A stretch of DNA of 57,619 nucleotides, filler included, from Basidiobolus ranarum (lineage: Eukaryota): the NCBI GenBank assembly GCA_040143965.1. It is 7 parts of 7 records of this genome, joined end to end, with 100 filler letters (N's around TTAATTAATTAA, not from the genome) between each part and the next. Parts side by side here need not be neighbours in the genome. Positions count along the whole stretch, not along the records: positions 24,781 to 32,922 come from JASJQH010001010.1; positions 33,023 to 41,158 come from JASJQH010001011.1; 5 more parts are not named here. One strand, given 5' to 3'. This document shows positions 24,781 to 38,014 of this stretch, piece by piece. The position numbers and the translations under genes were made by a program. Below the pieces are notes generated by a model. It did no database searches. It was not told the origin of the DNA and was given only the letters and a program-made list of their open reading frames with translations. The stretch's first letter is position 1. Each line of letters begins with the position of its first letter.

Positions 24781-25469
24781 AACCTACTAACCAGACTTTT
24801 AGTTTTGTATTGTCCCTTGAGTGTTTCCCAAGCGTTTTGGATGTTTTTGGCTGATTGTATGTTTCTCAATTGAGAGTCTCTGAGATGTAGACAAAGTGTG
24901 GAGAGTACTTCTTGTGAAAGGCAAGGATAGCTTCTGGTGGTGCCGTTGGCACTTTTTCTCCTCCTCAAGAAATCCCTAAAGGTCCTTGACTTCTGGTACC
25001 ATTTGCATCTTGAACTTCCAAATATCAAAGTCTTCACCATCACACTCCTTTGTAGATGGAAAACATTGGTAATAGTTCTGGCAGACATTGCTTTAACAGC
25101 TAGCTTGGGGCTCATATGCAGATAAAAGTGTTTAAGGGATTTGGAAGTGTTTTGGACAAGATATGGATTTGTGAATAAGACACTTAAGTTTTATTGAATT
25201 GAATATGTCACATTTACAGTTTACTCTGAGATAAGACTGTTGGACATGCTTAGATCATAACTCATATGCCTGACAAACATGGTTGAAACTTTAAGGTGAT
25301 TTGGAGAAGTTTTGAGAAAATAGAGAAATTGGTAAAAGTGATCTAATTGAGATTTTATCCATTAGAGCAATAAACACACATTTTTGAATGGCAGAATTGG
25401 GTGCTAAATAATCAGAATATGAATAAACTAGCTACTAAATCATGAATTGCTGTTTACCTAATTTCAGCA
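24781..25469 (-). mobile_element. Ty1/copia family B 5' end: LTR 25120-25469, PBS, degenerate gag
   Basis: 350-bp LTR homologous to 29807-30156; PBS GCATATGAGCCCC; gag peptides DGEDFDIWKFKMQM and LCLHLRDSQLRNIQSAKNIQNAWETLK. Confidence 0.88.
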
Positions 25470-25479
25470 GTAAGAAGAG

Positions 25480-26880
25480 CTGTACCTGTTGAGACTATTG
25501 AAGAGTCTGACAGCTATCCAGAACAAGAAGCTGAGACCACTTGGCAGCAAGCTGCTGAATATCTTTGCAATGTGAATCAGGTAGTGTAAACATATCCACG
25601 GAGCTACAAATGGATCTACCACCGTAATCTTATTTGACTCTGGAGCATCATATATAGTAAATTTCTTACCAGCTTGCCAACAAAGCAGGAATCTATGCAG
25701 AATTTACTCTAACTACTAGAGTTTATGCTTCAGTTGGAACAGCACAATCTATATGTTGAAAGAAAAGTTCCTTGCAGATCAACATAGGAGACTGCCAGGA
25801 GTATGTAAAAGCTTACTTGTTCAAGAGTAGTAAATGTCACTTAGTACTTGGAAAGACTTGGTTATTTCAGTAGAATCCAAGTAATAACTGAGGAACACTC
25901 AGATTACCATGACAAGAGAAGGCAAGACTTGTTACCTTACCCCTGCCAATATAGAAAATAAGTTATTACAACCTGCCAGAAGGGAAAATTGTCTGCTAGG
26001 AACAGTTAGTCTCACCAAGCAGTCAGGATGAATCAAGAGATGTTTCTAATTGCTCTATTGCAGGACAAGGAGTCTAAGGACTTACCAACTCCAATGACAG
26101 AGGTTTTGAAGAAGTAACAGATTGTATTCTCAGAGGAATTGACATAGTTTCCACCTGGCAGGGAAGTTGACAGTTAAAGTGATATTTCAAAAAGTCAACC
26201 TGTGAGCAAAGCTGCCTACAACATGTGTCTCCTGTAGCTACAAGAAGTTAAGAAGCGGATATATCAACTTTGAGAGCTTGGATATATAAGACCAAGCAGG
26301 TCACCATGAGGAGCACCTGTCTTGTTTGTCAACAAGAAAGACAAAACTATAAGATTGTACATTGACTTTTGAGCACTTAGCTCAGTCACCATAAAGAATA
26401 AATATCCTATATCTTGAATAGCTGACTTACTGGTATAACTTCATGGAGCCAAGACATAAGGCAAAACTGTTCTTGTGGCTACCTACATTCACATCCAAGT
26501 GAGACCAGAAGACATACACAAGACTGCCTTTAGGTCAAGATTTAGACATAATGCATATCTTGTCATGAGTTTGGCCTGACCAGTGCACCAGCTACCTTTA
26601 TGACACCAGACTTCAACAGGCCATTTATTCTCACTACTGATGCCTCAGACTAGGCCCTAGACAGGGTTCTGGGCCCAATTCATCATGATGTGAAATATCT
26701 AATTTTTTCAAGTGCAACAAGTTGAATAGTGCTGAGCTGAACAATTCAGTTCATAAAAAAGAGATGCTTGCCATTCTCCATAGCCTCAAAGTCTGGAGAT
26801 GCTATGTAGAAGGAGTCAGGACATATGTGAAGACATACCATGCCTCACTGAAATATGTTAGTAACCAAAAAGGTTATTTA
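25480..26880 (+). mobile_element. Degenerate Ty3/gypsy pol (protease, RT N-half, RNase H; internal deletion)
   Basis: ILFDSGAS; ELGYIRPSRSP*GAPVLFVNKKDKTIRLYIDF; VTIKNKYP; EDIHKTAF; GLTSAPATF joined directly to PDFNRPFILTTDASD; KKEMLAILHSLKVWRCY. Confidence 0.92.
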
Positions 26881-27021
26881 CGATAGAAGTGTTTGGTGAC
26901 TTAAATGTGTTTTTGACAGGATTTACATTAATGGACTAGACACTTAAGTTTTAATAAATTGAATGTGTTGTGTTTAAGGCTAACTATGATAAAGGACTAA
27001 TGGACTTGCACAGATCATAAC

Positions 27022-30000
27022 TGAAATAAAAGTTTAAGGGATATGCATTTGTTTTAGACAAGATTTGGATTTGGGAATTAGACACTTATGCTTTTTTGTA
27101 TTAAATATGTCCTGTTTATAGTTTACTATGATTAAGGACTATTGGACACGTTTAGATTGTGACAAACATGCCTGTTAAGCATGAGTGAAAACTTGAGGGG
27201 ATTAGGGAAAGTATTGAGAAAGTGAAAATAGTAAAAGTGATTTAATCAATATTTCAAGCATTTAGAGCAATAAACACACATTTTTGAGTAACAGAATTGA
27301 TTACTAAATAATCCAAATAAGAGTAAAATGACTAAGAAATAATGAGCTGCTATTTATCTAATTTAAACTTTCCCACTCAATCAATTTTTTGTTTATCTCT
27401 CACACCTAACTTATATCTTGGTAATTCAAGTTATGCTTTAGCTGAAGGTTTGGTTAAGATGTCAGCAATCACTGCTTCAGTAGAGCAATTGCCAAGTTTA
27501 TTATACCATTCTCTATTGCTTCTCTAACAAAATGATGCCTAACAACAATGTGTTTTATTCAAGCATCGAGTGTGGGGCTTTTAGCCAATGAAACACAACT
27601 TTGATTATCTTCATATACAGTGATAGAGCATTTTAGTGTATTTTTTGCGTTTGTAAATAACTTCCTTAATCACATGGCTTTTTGTATAGCAGCAGAGGCA
27701 GCCATATACTCTGCTTCTGTAGTGAATAGTGCTTTAGTTGGTTGCTTCTTACTATTTCAAGTTATGGCTCCATTAGAATAGAGAAAAGTGTACCCAGTTA
27801 TTGATCTTCCATTGCCTAGGTTTTTTCTGCAGTCTGCCACACTGTAGCTGGTAAACTTCTGTGCATCAACAGTGCCTGAGTATTCTAGAACTATATCTGC
27901 AGTTCCTTTCAAATACCTGAATATCTATTTAACTGCAGTTTTGTGCTCAGATCCTGGATTTCTGTAATAAGACTGCAGTGGTAATTCAACTGTTGATCAT
28001 GTAACATTGATCTCACCATCTCCACTATGATCCTATTAGCATTTTCTGCTACTCCCTTTAGCTGTGGAGTATAAGATACAGTAACTTGTTGCTTGATTTC
28101 ATGTTTAAAACAGAAAAGCCAAGTCTTTGAAGCAGCTTTCTCTAACATCATCACATCTTGGTACTATTATTTTTTTGCTGAATCTTTCTCTAACATTACT
28201 TTGTTGTGGTTGAACATTGCTAAGGCTTCTGAACTTGATTTTATAAATAATACCACAGGATTTCCTATATATTACCATCAATAAAGATCATTAAGTACCT
28301 TTTGTCACCTAGTGAGACATTATTCAAGTGGCTTTGTAGAAAAGAATAAATCAGGGCACAATTCTGAGTGAAGTAGATATCTCCAGAGCTTAAAATGGCT
28401 GTGTGTGACGTTTTCCATATATGCAACCTTCACACAGATCTAATTTAGTGATATATTTCAACTTCCAAGCCTCACAGAAGCTGCCTTCAGATTATTCCGG
28501 TCCTTTTTGTTCCCCAACATGGCCTAATATTCTATGCCATGTTTGACAGCTTATTTCACCAGTTTTTGCCAAGATTGCATGCTCACAATGCAATTTGTTG
28601 ATTTGTAGCATGAAAAAGTGTTGTGTTTTCTTCCCAGTACCTGATTTGGAATTTTTCAGATCTGTGATAGTGCATCCAGTCTTTCTAAACATACAATTTA
28701 GCACTTGAGTTGTTACTTGGCTTACTGAGAGTATGTTCTTGGCTATATTTAATGCATTGAGTACATCATCCAATTTTGCAGATGGTGAAGCTGAATTTAT
28801 ATCTAATTTGAGTACAACTATGCCCTTACAAACTGCTTTTAGTGCAAAGTCATCACTTAAGTAGACTCTCCTTGTTTGGATGTGTGTTAAGCTGGAAAAA
28901 CAATCTTTCTTGTTCGACATATACTGGGAACCTCCAGAATCAATATACCAGGTTTCTAAGTCTTCCTTAGTAGTCACTGATAGGGCAGACACAAATGGAT
29001 GATCCCAATCAGTGCTTACTTGATTGGTTTGTTTTGATTTTAGCCTTTGGTAAAAATCCTTTTCTGCAATCTTTGATTAAATTGCCCAGTTTATTACAAT
29101 ACTGGTCAATAATTGATTTCCTATTAGAGGCACCATTTCTGAAGCCTGTAGGATGTTTTACAGCTCCAAAAAATGCTTGATCTGCAATATTTTGCAAAAA
29201 ACCAGGACTCCTTATTTAGTGATTTAAAAGCATAGAACTAACATATTCCATTGTTAATGGTTCTAATCTTGATTTTTGGGCAATTATGAGGTCCCAAACT
29301 TGTCTAGCAGGCTCCCAAGTAGTGTCAGACTAAGTTATGTTTGTTTGAAGGTGCTCCAATGGATCAGAGCTGATCTGCAATAGATTTTTTTTAATTTATA
29401 TTAATTGGCCATAAAAATATCAGAATTTATCTGAACTGCAAACAATTTTGCCTAAGATATAGCCTATTAGCCAGACTTTTATTCTCTGTAGTTCTTCAAT
29501 TGTCTCCCTAGCAGTTTTGATGTTTTTGGCTGAGTGTATATTCCTCAAAGGAGGGTCTCTGAGATGTAGACAAAGTGTAGCAGATGCTTTCCTGAACTGC
29601 TTGTTAAATGCAAGGATAGCTTCTGGTGGATCCTTTGGCTCTATTCATATGTAACAAATTTCTATAGGACTTTGTTCTCTGGCACCATTTGCATCTTGAA
29701 CATCCCAAGGTCAAAGTCTTCACCATCAAACTTCTTCTTGGATGAAAACTCATTGGTAAGAGTTCTGGTAGACATTCCTTTAACAGCTAGCTTGGGGTTC
29801 ATCACCTGATAAAAGTGTTTAGAGGATGTCAAAGTGTTTTGCACAAGATTTGGATTTGTGAATTAGATGCTTCAGTTTTATTGATTTAATATGTGCTATT
29901 TATAGCTTACAATGAAACAGGATATGGGATGAGCATAGATTTAAACAAGCATGCCTGTCAAGCATGGGTGAAAGTTTGAGATAATTTGGAGAAGTTTTAA

Positions 30001-30156
30001 GAAATTAGTGAAAATAGGTAAAAGTGATCTAATTGATAGAAATATCAATTAGAGCAATTAACACACATTTTTGAGTAACAGAATCAAGTGCTAAATAATT
30101 GGAATAAGAGTAAACTAAGTAATAAATATTGAGTTGCTATTTACCTATTCTTAACA
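27022..30156 (-). mobile_element. Ty1/copia family B element with both LTRs (27022-27369, 29807-30156), internally deleted for most of RT
   Basis: gag KKFDGEDFDL, decayed Zn knuckle, protease WYIDSGGSQYM, WHRILGH, integrase SYTPQLKGVAENANR, RNase H TTEAEYMAAS, PPT GAGTGGGAA; TSD ATAAC/ATAGC. Confidence 0.93.
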
Positions 30157-30599
30157 ATAGCAAATGTGCCCCAAAAGCATGGGTGTGCAAGTGAGGTAAT
30201 TAGGAGAAGATTTGAGAAAATAATTCTAATGGGTACAAATGATGTGATTTATATTACTAACAATAAAGATTGGATTAAATTTGACTCTTGGAGTCTGGAA
30301 ATTACATTGCCTTTTCTCATAATTTTGATTCCTTACACTGCAGACTTGATCTAAAATGTGCCGATTGACAAAAAATACTGCCTGAGCCCATATGCATATT
30401 TGAAAGTGTTTTGCCATCACCCAGGCCTACTTCTCCTCTAGGATGAACTTCTGGGTGCTAAATCATCCTCTATTGAATTGAGGCTAGAATTCTGGTTGAA
30501 TTAGGCTCAGATGCAGCTAGAAGTTAGTCAGAAACTACCGGAATAGTGTTGACTACATATTGTGGATTTTGATCTGTTTTTTGAGTTCTAAAAGTTGCT

Positions 30600-31140
30600 T
30601 TTCATCCCAAAACATATCTCTGCACTCAGTTGACTTCCAATTTTGTCCTGGGACTGTCTGTTAGCTTTACATCTATTACAAAAGCCAAGGAATATGCATT
30701 TGCTGCTTTTCAGATTCAAATATAATTAATTTAGATTTAGAACTAGCCACTACAAAGTGAAACCAAAGATCCACAGATGATCCCTACTTGGTTTTGAATC
30801 CTTGAGAGCTTGAAATGGAGTAGAATTTTGTAGCAACCTAGTTGGGCATCTGTTCTGGATATAGACTGCAGCAGAGACAGATTCAGCCCTAGTTTGGTCA
30901 TCTACTCTTGTTTATGTAACATTCATACAGTTTTCTTCACTTTGATCCTATTAGCTTGCTCTGCATATCCATTTTGCTATGTGGTAAAAAGTATAGTTTT
31001 TTGTTGTTGAATTCAATGTTCAAAACAACAATTAGCACAGTCATCAGAGCATTATTCCTTACCATTAACACTTCTGAGTATCCTTATTTTTTGTGCTGAT
31101 CCATTCTCTGTAGGAAATAGGTTACCTTCAACTCATTACT
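30600..31140 (-). mobile_element. Copia integrase core/SH3 remnant
   Basis: KIRILRSVNGKE*C...QNGYAEQANR and STPFQAL..KPSRDHLWIFG...KSSKCIFLGF. Confidence 0.8.
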
Positions 31141-31159
31141 TGGTGAAATAGAGTCAAAC

Positions 31160-31680
31160 AGAAAGCCAGAAGTGGAGGAAGGCACTCTCAGCACTTTGTC
31201 TACTTCTCAGAGGCACTCAAATGAGACACATGCACTAAGCCAAATATGCCCAAATTGCTTGGAATACTGGAGAGATTGTATGCAACTAACAGTCAGGCTA
31301 ATAGGCTATATCTATAATGAAAATTATTTCTATTCAAATAACTTTTGATAATTGTATGACTTATCATGTAGTCAGATAAAAACTATGGCATATAAGCTCT
31401 CATCCATTCAAGCACCTCTCAGTGAAGATAACTTACTCATGACACTGCTAGGGAGCCAGCCTGACAGATTTATGAACCTCATAATTGCCATAGAATCAAG
31501 ATCAGAGCCATGAGCAATGGAACTTGTAAGTGCTAGGCTTTTGAATGAGGAATTATGGAGATATATTATTTAATAAAATAATTCAGAGCAGGCATTTTTT
31601 GCAACTGCAAAATGTCCAAACAAGGAGAATATACATAGGTGAACACTATGCACAAAGATGTAGTTATTAAGGGAACAGTT
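31160..31680 (+). mobile_element. Copia gag remnant
   Basis: RKALSALCLLLRGTQMRH..AWNT; LMTLLGSQPDRFMNLIIAIESR; ELVSARLLNEEL; homologous to family B gag. Confidence 0.75.
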
Positions 31681-31799
31681 GGGCCTTTAAAGATGGAGTG
31701 AAGAATGTATCTCCTATCCATATATTAAGCTTCCAGTATAAGAAACTCAGCTATGCTGGAGATTTGTAGTGGGATTAAGCTTTATGACTGAATATTTAA

Positions 31800-32370
31800 G
31801 TTAACACCACTATCCCACACTCTGAAGATCTTGTATCATTGTTGAGTGACTCTCTAAGTGTTGACTAGTTGCTTCCAAATGCTGCATTAATTACAATATT
31901 GCTGCATTATTGCTTGTCATGGCTTGTATAGCAACTTTATAGTTTTTACTTACAATTGCATGCAAAACATTATGATGTTCTGCCTGCAATTCCCTTGTTG
32001 TAATAATTCTATCCAAATTTTCTTCAGAGGTTTGTTCCATAGTGAGCAAAGTAGCCATTTTGGAAGTTGATGGTCTTTGTGGTGTTTTGGTTGAACCTTG
32101 CTCAACTATTGCTATACTACATTATTGGAGGATTACAATCTCTTCACTTGTACTATTGCTGGAAAGGAACACATCTGGTAAATTGATTAATGCTTCATCT
32201 TTACTTGGGTTAGTTTACGGCATGTTGATGCTTTCCAAAGTGGATAGTGGACCACTAGACTGCTCATCAATCATGTCCTTTGTTCTTGCCGGTTTTTTTC
32301 CTTTTGTGCCAGAAGGCTTTGGCTTGGAAGCCAATTTTGATTTAGATTTTGAATGCTACTTGAATGGCAT
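31800..32370 (-). pseudogene. Decayed ORF of unknown origin (possibly TE ORF1/gag)
   Basis: About 185 codons in a single frame interrupted by isolated TAA/TAG stops; CpG-poor; Lys-rich start and helical-looking end. Confidence 0.3.
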
Positions 32371-33022
32371 TGAAATTATCAGATGGTAAACTAGGTGTAA
32401 TGAAATTGCTTAGAAACAGCTTATAGTAAACCAAAATTACCATCCATTACCGGAAATATCTTGTAGATCCCCTGATGACTCATCTGTGACACCATCTCAG
32501 AATCAGCTGATGATATTGATGGGCTATACCTATAATACCACCCTTACATAGCAGGTGTTCTTTTTTCTATAATATCCTTTTCATGCTGCAACACAAATGT
32601 GTAAAGAAGCCTTGCTATTATTGTCACAAATTCTTGTGATATGAAAGCTGGAGACTTCATAGAAAAAATAATCACAAGCACAATCACTGTATAAATGCAC
32701 CAGCTATAAAAAGCCTGGTGTATAACAACAGTAATAAGTGCATTAAATTGACTTTAGTTTTGCCCATTGAGTCCACTAACTGTAGTTTGCCTCAAAGTTT
32801 TGGTAACAGAACCAAAAGTCAAGATACCATGGAGTTACCACAGTTATATGACCAGAATGATATAGGTCAAAATGCAACTTTGGTCAAACCAGTAAGTCCA
32901 GACAACTTTGAGGACTTGCTGCNNNNNNNNNNNNNNNNNNNNNNNNNNNNNNNNNNNNNNNNNNNNTTAATTAATTAANNNNNNNNNNNNNNNNNNNNNN
33001 NNNNNNNNNNNNNNNNNNNNNN

Positions 33023-34683
33023 ATAAGGTCAGGACTGTTTTCATACCATTATTCATCTAGTTTACGTATCTTTACAAATTGGATCTCCAAGCTTGCACAC
33101 AACAATTCACCGAAAAGGGAACCAGGGATCTTATTCTCCTCCAAGCCTCCCATGTAAGATTCCACCCGGTCTACTGTGCCATACATCATTTTCAGTCGAT
33201 TTTGAACATCAGGAACGCTACTAATATCTTCGAAGCTTGCCTTTCTTGAAAGTCCAAATGCCGCACGCGCATCGTTGTAACGTAGGATTCCCAAATCACG
33301 ACCACGCTGAATATCAAAGGCGGGTATATCGTAGGAGGATCCTTTGGTATTGGTATAGTTCATCGACATTGAGGGGAAATAGATATCTACTTCTTCTTGA
33401 ATCTGACTCGCTGCGGAACGAATAAGCAGCTCTAAAGGAATTCTCTCAATCAAAGATAGGTCAACAATCTCTCGCAGGCCGAAGTCCTTAAGATAAACGC
33501 CTTGGGTATCGACCAGGCGGTAAGTATCACTATGTACCATACGTAAAAGTAAAGTTAATACGAGAGTAATACAAATTTGTCCAAAACGATTCTTTGAAAT
33601 TCACCTCAACTCAGAGTGACCGTAACGAAACGTAGTCCCAATGAAGAAATTATCTGTGCTTGGTGTAGAGTTCTTGAAGATTTCACGATCTTGAGATACC
33701 CAACGGCCGAGAACGGTGCCCAAATATTCCGTATATGTAATTTTTTGTATCAATGCAATGACCCTCCTTCTCGCCTCTTGATAGTATGTCTCCTCCGACC
33801 AAGTATCTTTGTGGATAACATAGAGCTCATCACATATACGATTGTGTTCTCGCATCCAAATGACTTGAATGGCCATCGTGAAAATATTCATACTACGTGC
33901 TGGTGATGCACCTAATAGATAGGTACCATTGAGTTTTATCGGCAGTGCTTCGGTATTGTTGAGACTTGTCATCCGTAGCTTTCCCCTCATGTTTGCCCAT
34001 CGTAGTGTCTGACTTACGCTCGATATAGAGCCATAAATGGCTGACCCATCCAACCCAAACGTGGCGTTATTGAAGGCTTGGCGATAGCCATCAGATCCTA
34101 GCTGATACTGTGCTCTTCCAAAAAACAGGGTGCCATTGGTAGTGAGACTCTCTGGAAAAGCGTTATCTCCAGCGGGAAGATCTAGATTGGCTGTATCAGT
34201 GAGATTAATAGGTAGATCGCCCAGATCTAAAGACAGAAAATGGCCAAAGAAAGTGATCTTTTCACCAATAAATCGATGAGTTAATGTTAGACATGGCATG
34301 AGAATAGAGAATATAACATGAAGAAGTCATCATACCATATGAGTAACCAAACGGGATGACTTTTGTTCACGATTGGAATAAATATCCTGGTTACTACTTG
34401 GAGGGTAAGTGGCCGCATTAGTGGAGATACATCGTGGCGGGGGAGATAATTGAAGATTACTAAGAGCATTAGGACAGTTGATGGTATGAGGTGTTGAGGA
34501 ATAAAGGGTGGAAGGCATAGCTCCGACTTTATCAGCGTACAGAACACCAGGAGGGGTGTTACGTATCATTGGTGTTAAAGTGTTGTCAAAAATGGGGCGA
34601 TAGACGTTGCCAGGCATCTGAGCTTGGGAGGCCGTGATCAGATGTCCCAGTAAAACCGAGTATGAGGCTGCAAGGAGTCGCAT
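33023..34683 (-). CDS. Secreted animal-type heme peroxidase (peroxidase-cyclooxygenase superfamily), 3'-truncated
   Basis: Signal peptide; NNATFGLDGSAIYG, WMREHNRICDEL, YQEARRRVIALIQKITYTEYL, FRYGHSE, DIQRGRDLGILRYNDARAAFGL; introns 34335-34258 and 33604-33530. Confidence 0.92.
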
Positions 34684-35905
34684 TCTTGGTAAATGTGAAT
34701 TAAGGTTAGCCTCCGTTTCACAGATGGAGATTAGGTGAATATTTATAGAAGGTGAGGAGTAGCAAACTAGTCGGAAGACAAAAACCTTATCGAAGGTGGG
34801 GAATTCAAGTGAGGCATTAGCAAACGTTTAGAGGCGGATTGTTCTTAAATAATGGGTTGACATAATTGTCTGGTCCCTTAATCCATTCTCAAACAGACTC
34901 AGCCTAATGTAAACGATCAGCAATTAAGCACAATATATTAAGTGAGCCTTATGATTGATACACGATGGAGTTTTGAACATGGTAATAATGTGGAAGTTCC
35001 AGAAAATTAGGAGTCCTTTGATCTCCATATCTACGATATATTAGGAGATAGAGTTTAGCCCAACAACTAGGTTGTATATGGGAAGATTGCTCATCAAGCT
35101 CGTGCCTACGAGAAAGAAATCGCTATCTAACACTCCAATCAACCATTTTTTAATCAAACTAAAGCAGAATATACATAGAGTACTTGCTTCAATCGTTCTT
35201 AGTCGACCGTCTAGTGGCACAATCTGGTCAATGGGAGTCCCTTACAATGCCAATTTACATTAGAGCCTATCAACTCAATTTCCAGGTGAAGGATTGAGTC
35301 CATTATGTACAGATTCAACAGAAATATAAACTACACTGCCAAGTCTATGGCTTAGTTGCTTGAGTTCACGCCACATGCGGAGCGCTACAGCACACCTCTG
35401 CAAATGCTTTGCGTAGAGGGAGTGTTGGCTGTATTCCTTAGGACTGAGGGCTAATTCTTACGAACGAATCACTCTAGGTTGCTTACATGGTTGCGTTCAC
35501 ACCAGCAAGTGAAGCATAGTATTGCTCTTAAGTAATATCATTGTGTCAATTGCTGATGCTATTAATGGGCTACAGCGGTGGGGGATGGTTGTACCAAATG
35601 CGAAGACTATTTATTTCCCTACTAATTGACTATTTCATGCAGTAATCATTCTGGTTTGAAAAGCCAATCTGGATAACTGTATTGTTAAACTATCAAGTAC
35701 CAACAGGCTCAGGAAAAAAGGATATTTACGCCAACATTGTTTCTATTTCTGTATTGATTGTGATCAGATAATATTCCCTGAGAATCGTAAACTAAAGAAT
35801 AATTCACTCTTTGACGAGGTGTTCCCTACTGTAATAAATACGAATGCTTAAACTAAATATCTACTAACGAAAGTTGAAATCTCAAAGGTTGAATTCGTAA
35901 GCTAA

Positions 35906-37617
35906 TCATAGCTCGTCATGTATAGGAAGTAAAGGGCGTCCATATTTGTCGTGTTCTTTCTGCATTTGCAGAATCAATTGGTATTCTTCGAGATCCGAAA
36001 TTTTCTCGATTTCTATGGGAGAAGTGGAGTATTTTTTAAGGAAATCAATAAATGCATTCACCTCTTGAGATCCTTCGAATTCAATCACTTCTTTTGTTTT
36101 CCCTGCTTTGAATAATTTCACTGAAGGGAACCCGATGACCTCCAGAGCATGTTCGATAGGTAACTCATTATTTTTCATGTTCATTTTGGTAAATAATAAA
36201 TTCTCTTGTTTAGAAAATTTGCGTGCTACTACTTCATACAAGGGGTCGATCTCGTTGCAGTCTGTATCACACCACGATTCATAGAATTCCACCACGACAT
36301 CCTTTGTTGTATCCATAACTATGCGATTAAATTCTTTACCAACAACAACCTTTACTAGCCCTTCATTCTTGGTTGGAATCTCATCGGAAAGCAGGCTTGG
36401 TTCGACTTCTCCTTTAAGAAATTGGTGTGCAAAGGTACTGACTGATTCGGAGTTTATAGGTATATCTTGAGGTAGCACATACTTTGCATTGTTAAATGGA
36501 GTTTGGATGACCACAGCAGGCATCTTTGGGTCGACATTCAATAGTTCTGCGAAAACTTCGTATTCTACCCCATCGATTAATCCGAAGCTAATGGAGCCCC
36601 TAAGTTCTTTAGCCACCTTATGTAATCTTTTCTTCAAGTAAGCCCTCTCTTGAGAGCTAGTGTAGAATATAAAGGCTATAGGCAAGTCAACTTCACGGAT
36701 AATTTCGTACGACTCAGGAGTCATATCTGATATGAGAGGTACGGAACTGCTTTTGATGAACTGGGTGACCTCTGTAGCACTTATAGCTCCTTCATATTTG
36801 AATGAAGTATCTATCTCTCGGTGGTACAGCATCAATGCTGGCGGAGTGATCTGAAGCTTATCCATCAGGGTGATATCTGTGGATATTCCAGTCTGAAACT
36901 GATCTCTAAACTTCAAAGCTATTTCACGTAATATTTGATGTTCCTTCTCGTTATTATCAAGAAACCCGACAATGACGATTTCGTCATGATCCTTGAACTC
37001 GTTGAAATTCTCAGCGTTTACTTGAGTGAGAGTTGGTAAAGCCTGCCTAAAGAACTTTGCGAGTTAAACTTTTACCTTATTCGAGAACATTACATCCCTC
37101 GGAAAAAGTTCCTACCTTTTCAAATATTCCATCATTCCTTGACTTTCGCTAGGTCCACTATAATCGTATTTGGTTCCATTTCTAAAATGGAATGAAGTTA
37201 GTAGTGGAATGTAGCTTAGTATATTCAATGTGACTACCTGAATATTTTTAAGGCTGGCAATTCCCAAATCTCATATTTACTGCACAAATCACTTGCTTCG
37301 GAACAGTCCAGCGTAGCAAATTTAATTTGGTCTTTTAATTCTAATGCAACTGAGTGAAAAGTGCTCTCTGTTTTTTACGTCGAACAAATAGGTCAAGAAT
37401 AGGATAAGTATATGTACATGTTTATTTCTATAATATCACGGCTTTGTTAATAGTTACCTGTCTCTTTGCTGCGTTTCGACCAAGGCGCATGAAAACGAAT
37501 TAAAGTTAGGGGAGATATATCCACTGTTTGGTCAAAATTGGAGGGAGTTAAAGGAGATATTGTTTGAGAGCTGGCAAAAGAGAAGAATGTGAGCACAAGG
37601 GTTCGATATCTTAGCAT
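35906..37617 (-). CDS. Protein disulfide isomerase-like protein (a-b-b'-a', ER-retained) with non-canonical active sites
   Basis: Signal peptide MLRYRTLVL..., three introns, thioredoxin domains FHAPWSKRSK and FYESWCDTDC, VKVVVGKEF, GFPSVKLFKAG, C-terminal HDEL. Confidence 0.92.
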
Positions 37618-38014
37618 AGTATCTAATCTGGTTTGTCTTTGATATATAAAGCTGGAGGAAGACACCCCTTATAAACATAATGAGGTCTTTAAGAATTGAC
37701 CGTGCTGAGTTACCACCCGTTTCAACTTCAGCATTAGGATGCATCTAGTGTGATGTATCCAACCAACACAGGCTATCTGACTTCCAGTACAGACGATCCT
37801 TTCGCTACGTTTGATATCGGTTTGAAATGTTTCTCACTGAGATTGAAATCCAATGGCAACCAAATTAATGTTTGTGAATCATTTATTATGTACTTATTTA
37901 GGATATATATGTCTGAATCACGATGTACATGGGGAAATCAAAACAGGGCAATGTAAGGTAGTTAGGAAGATTATGCAGTCATCAAAATATACATCAAAGG
38001 AACAATATTACCAT

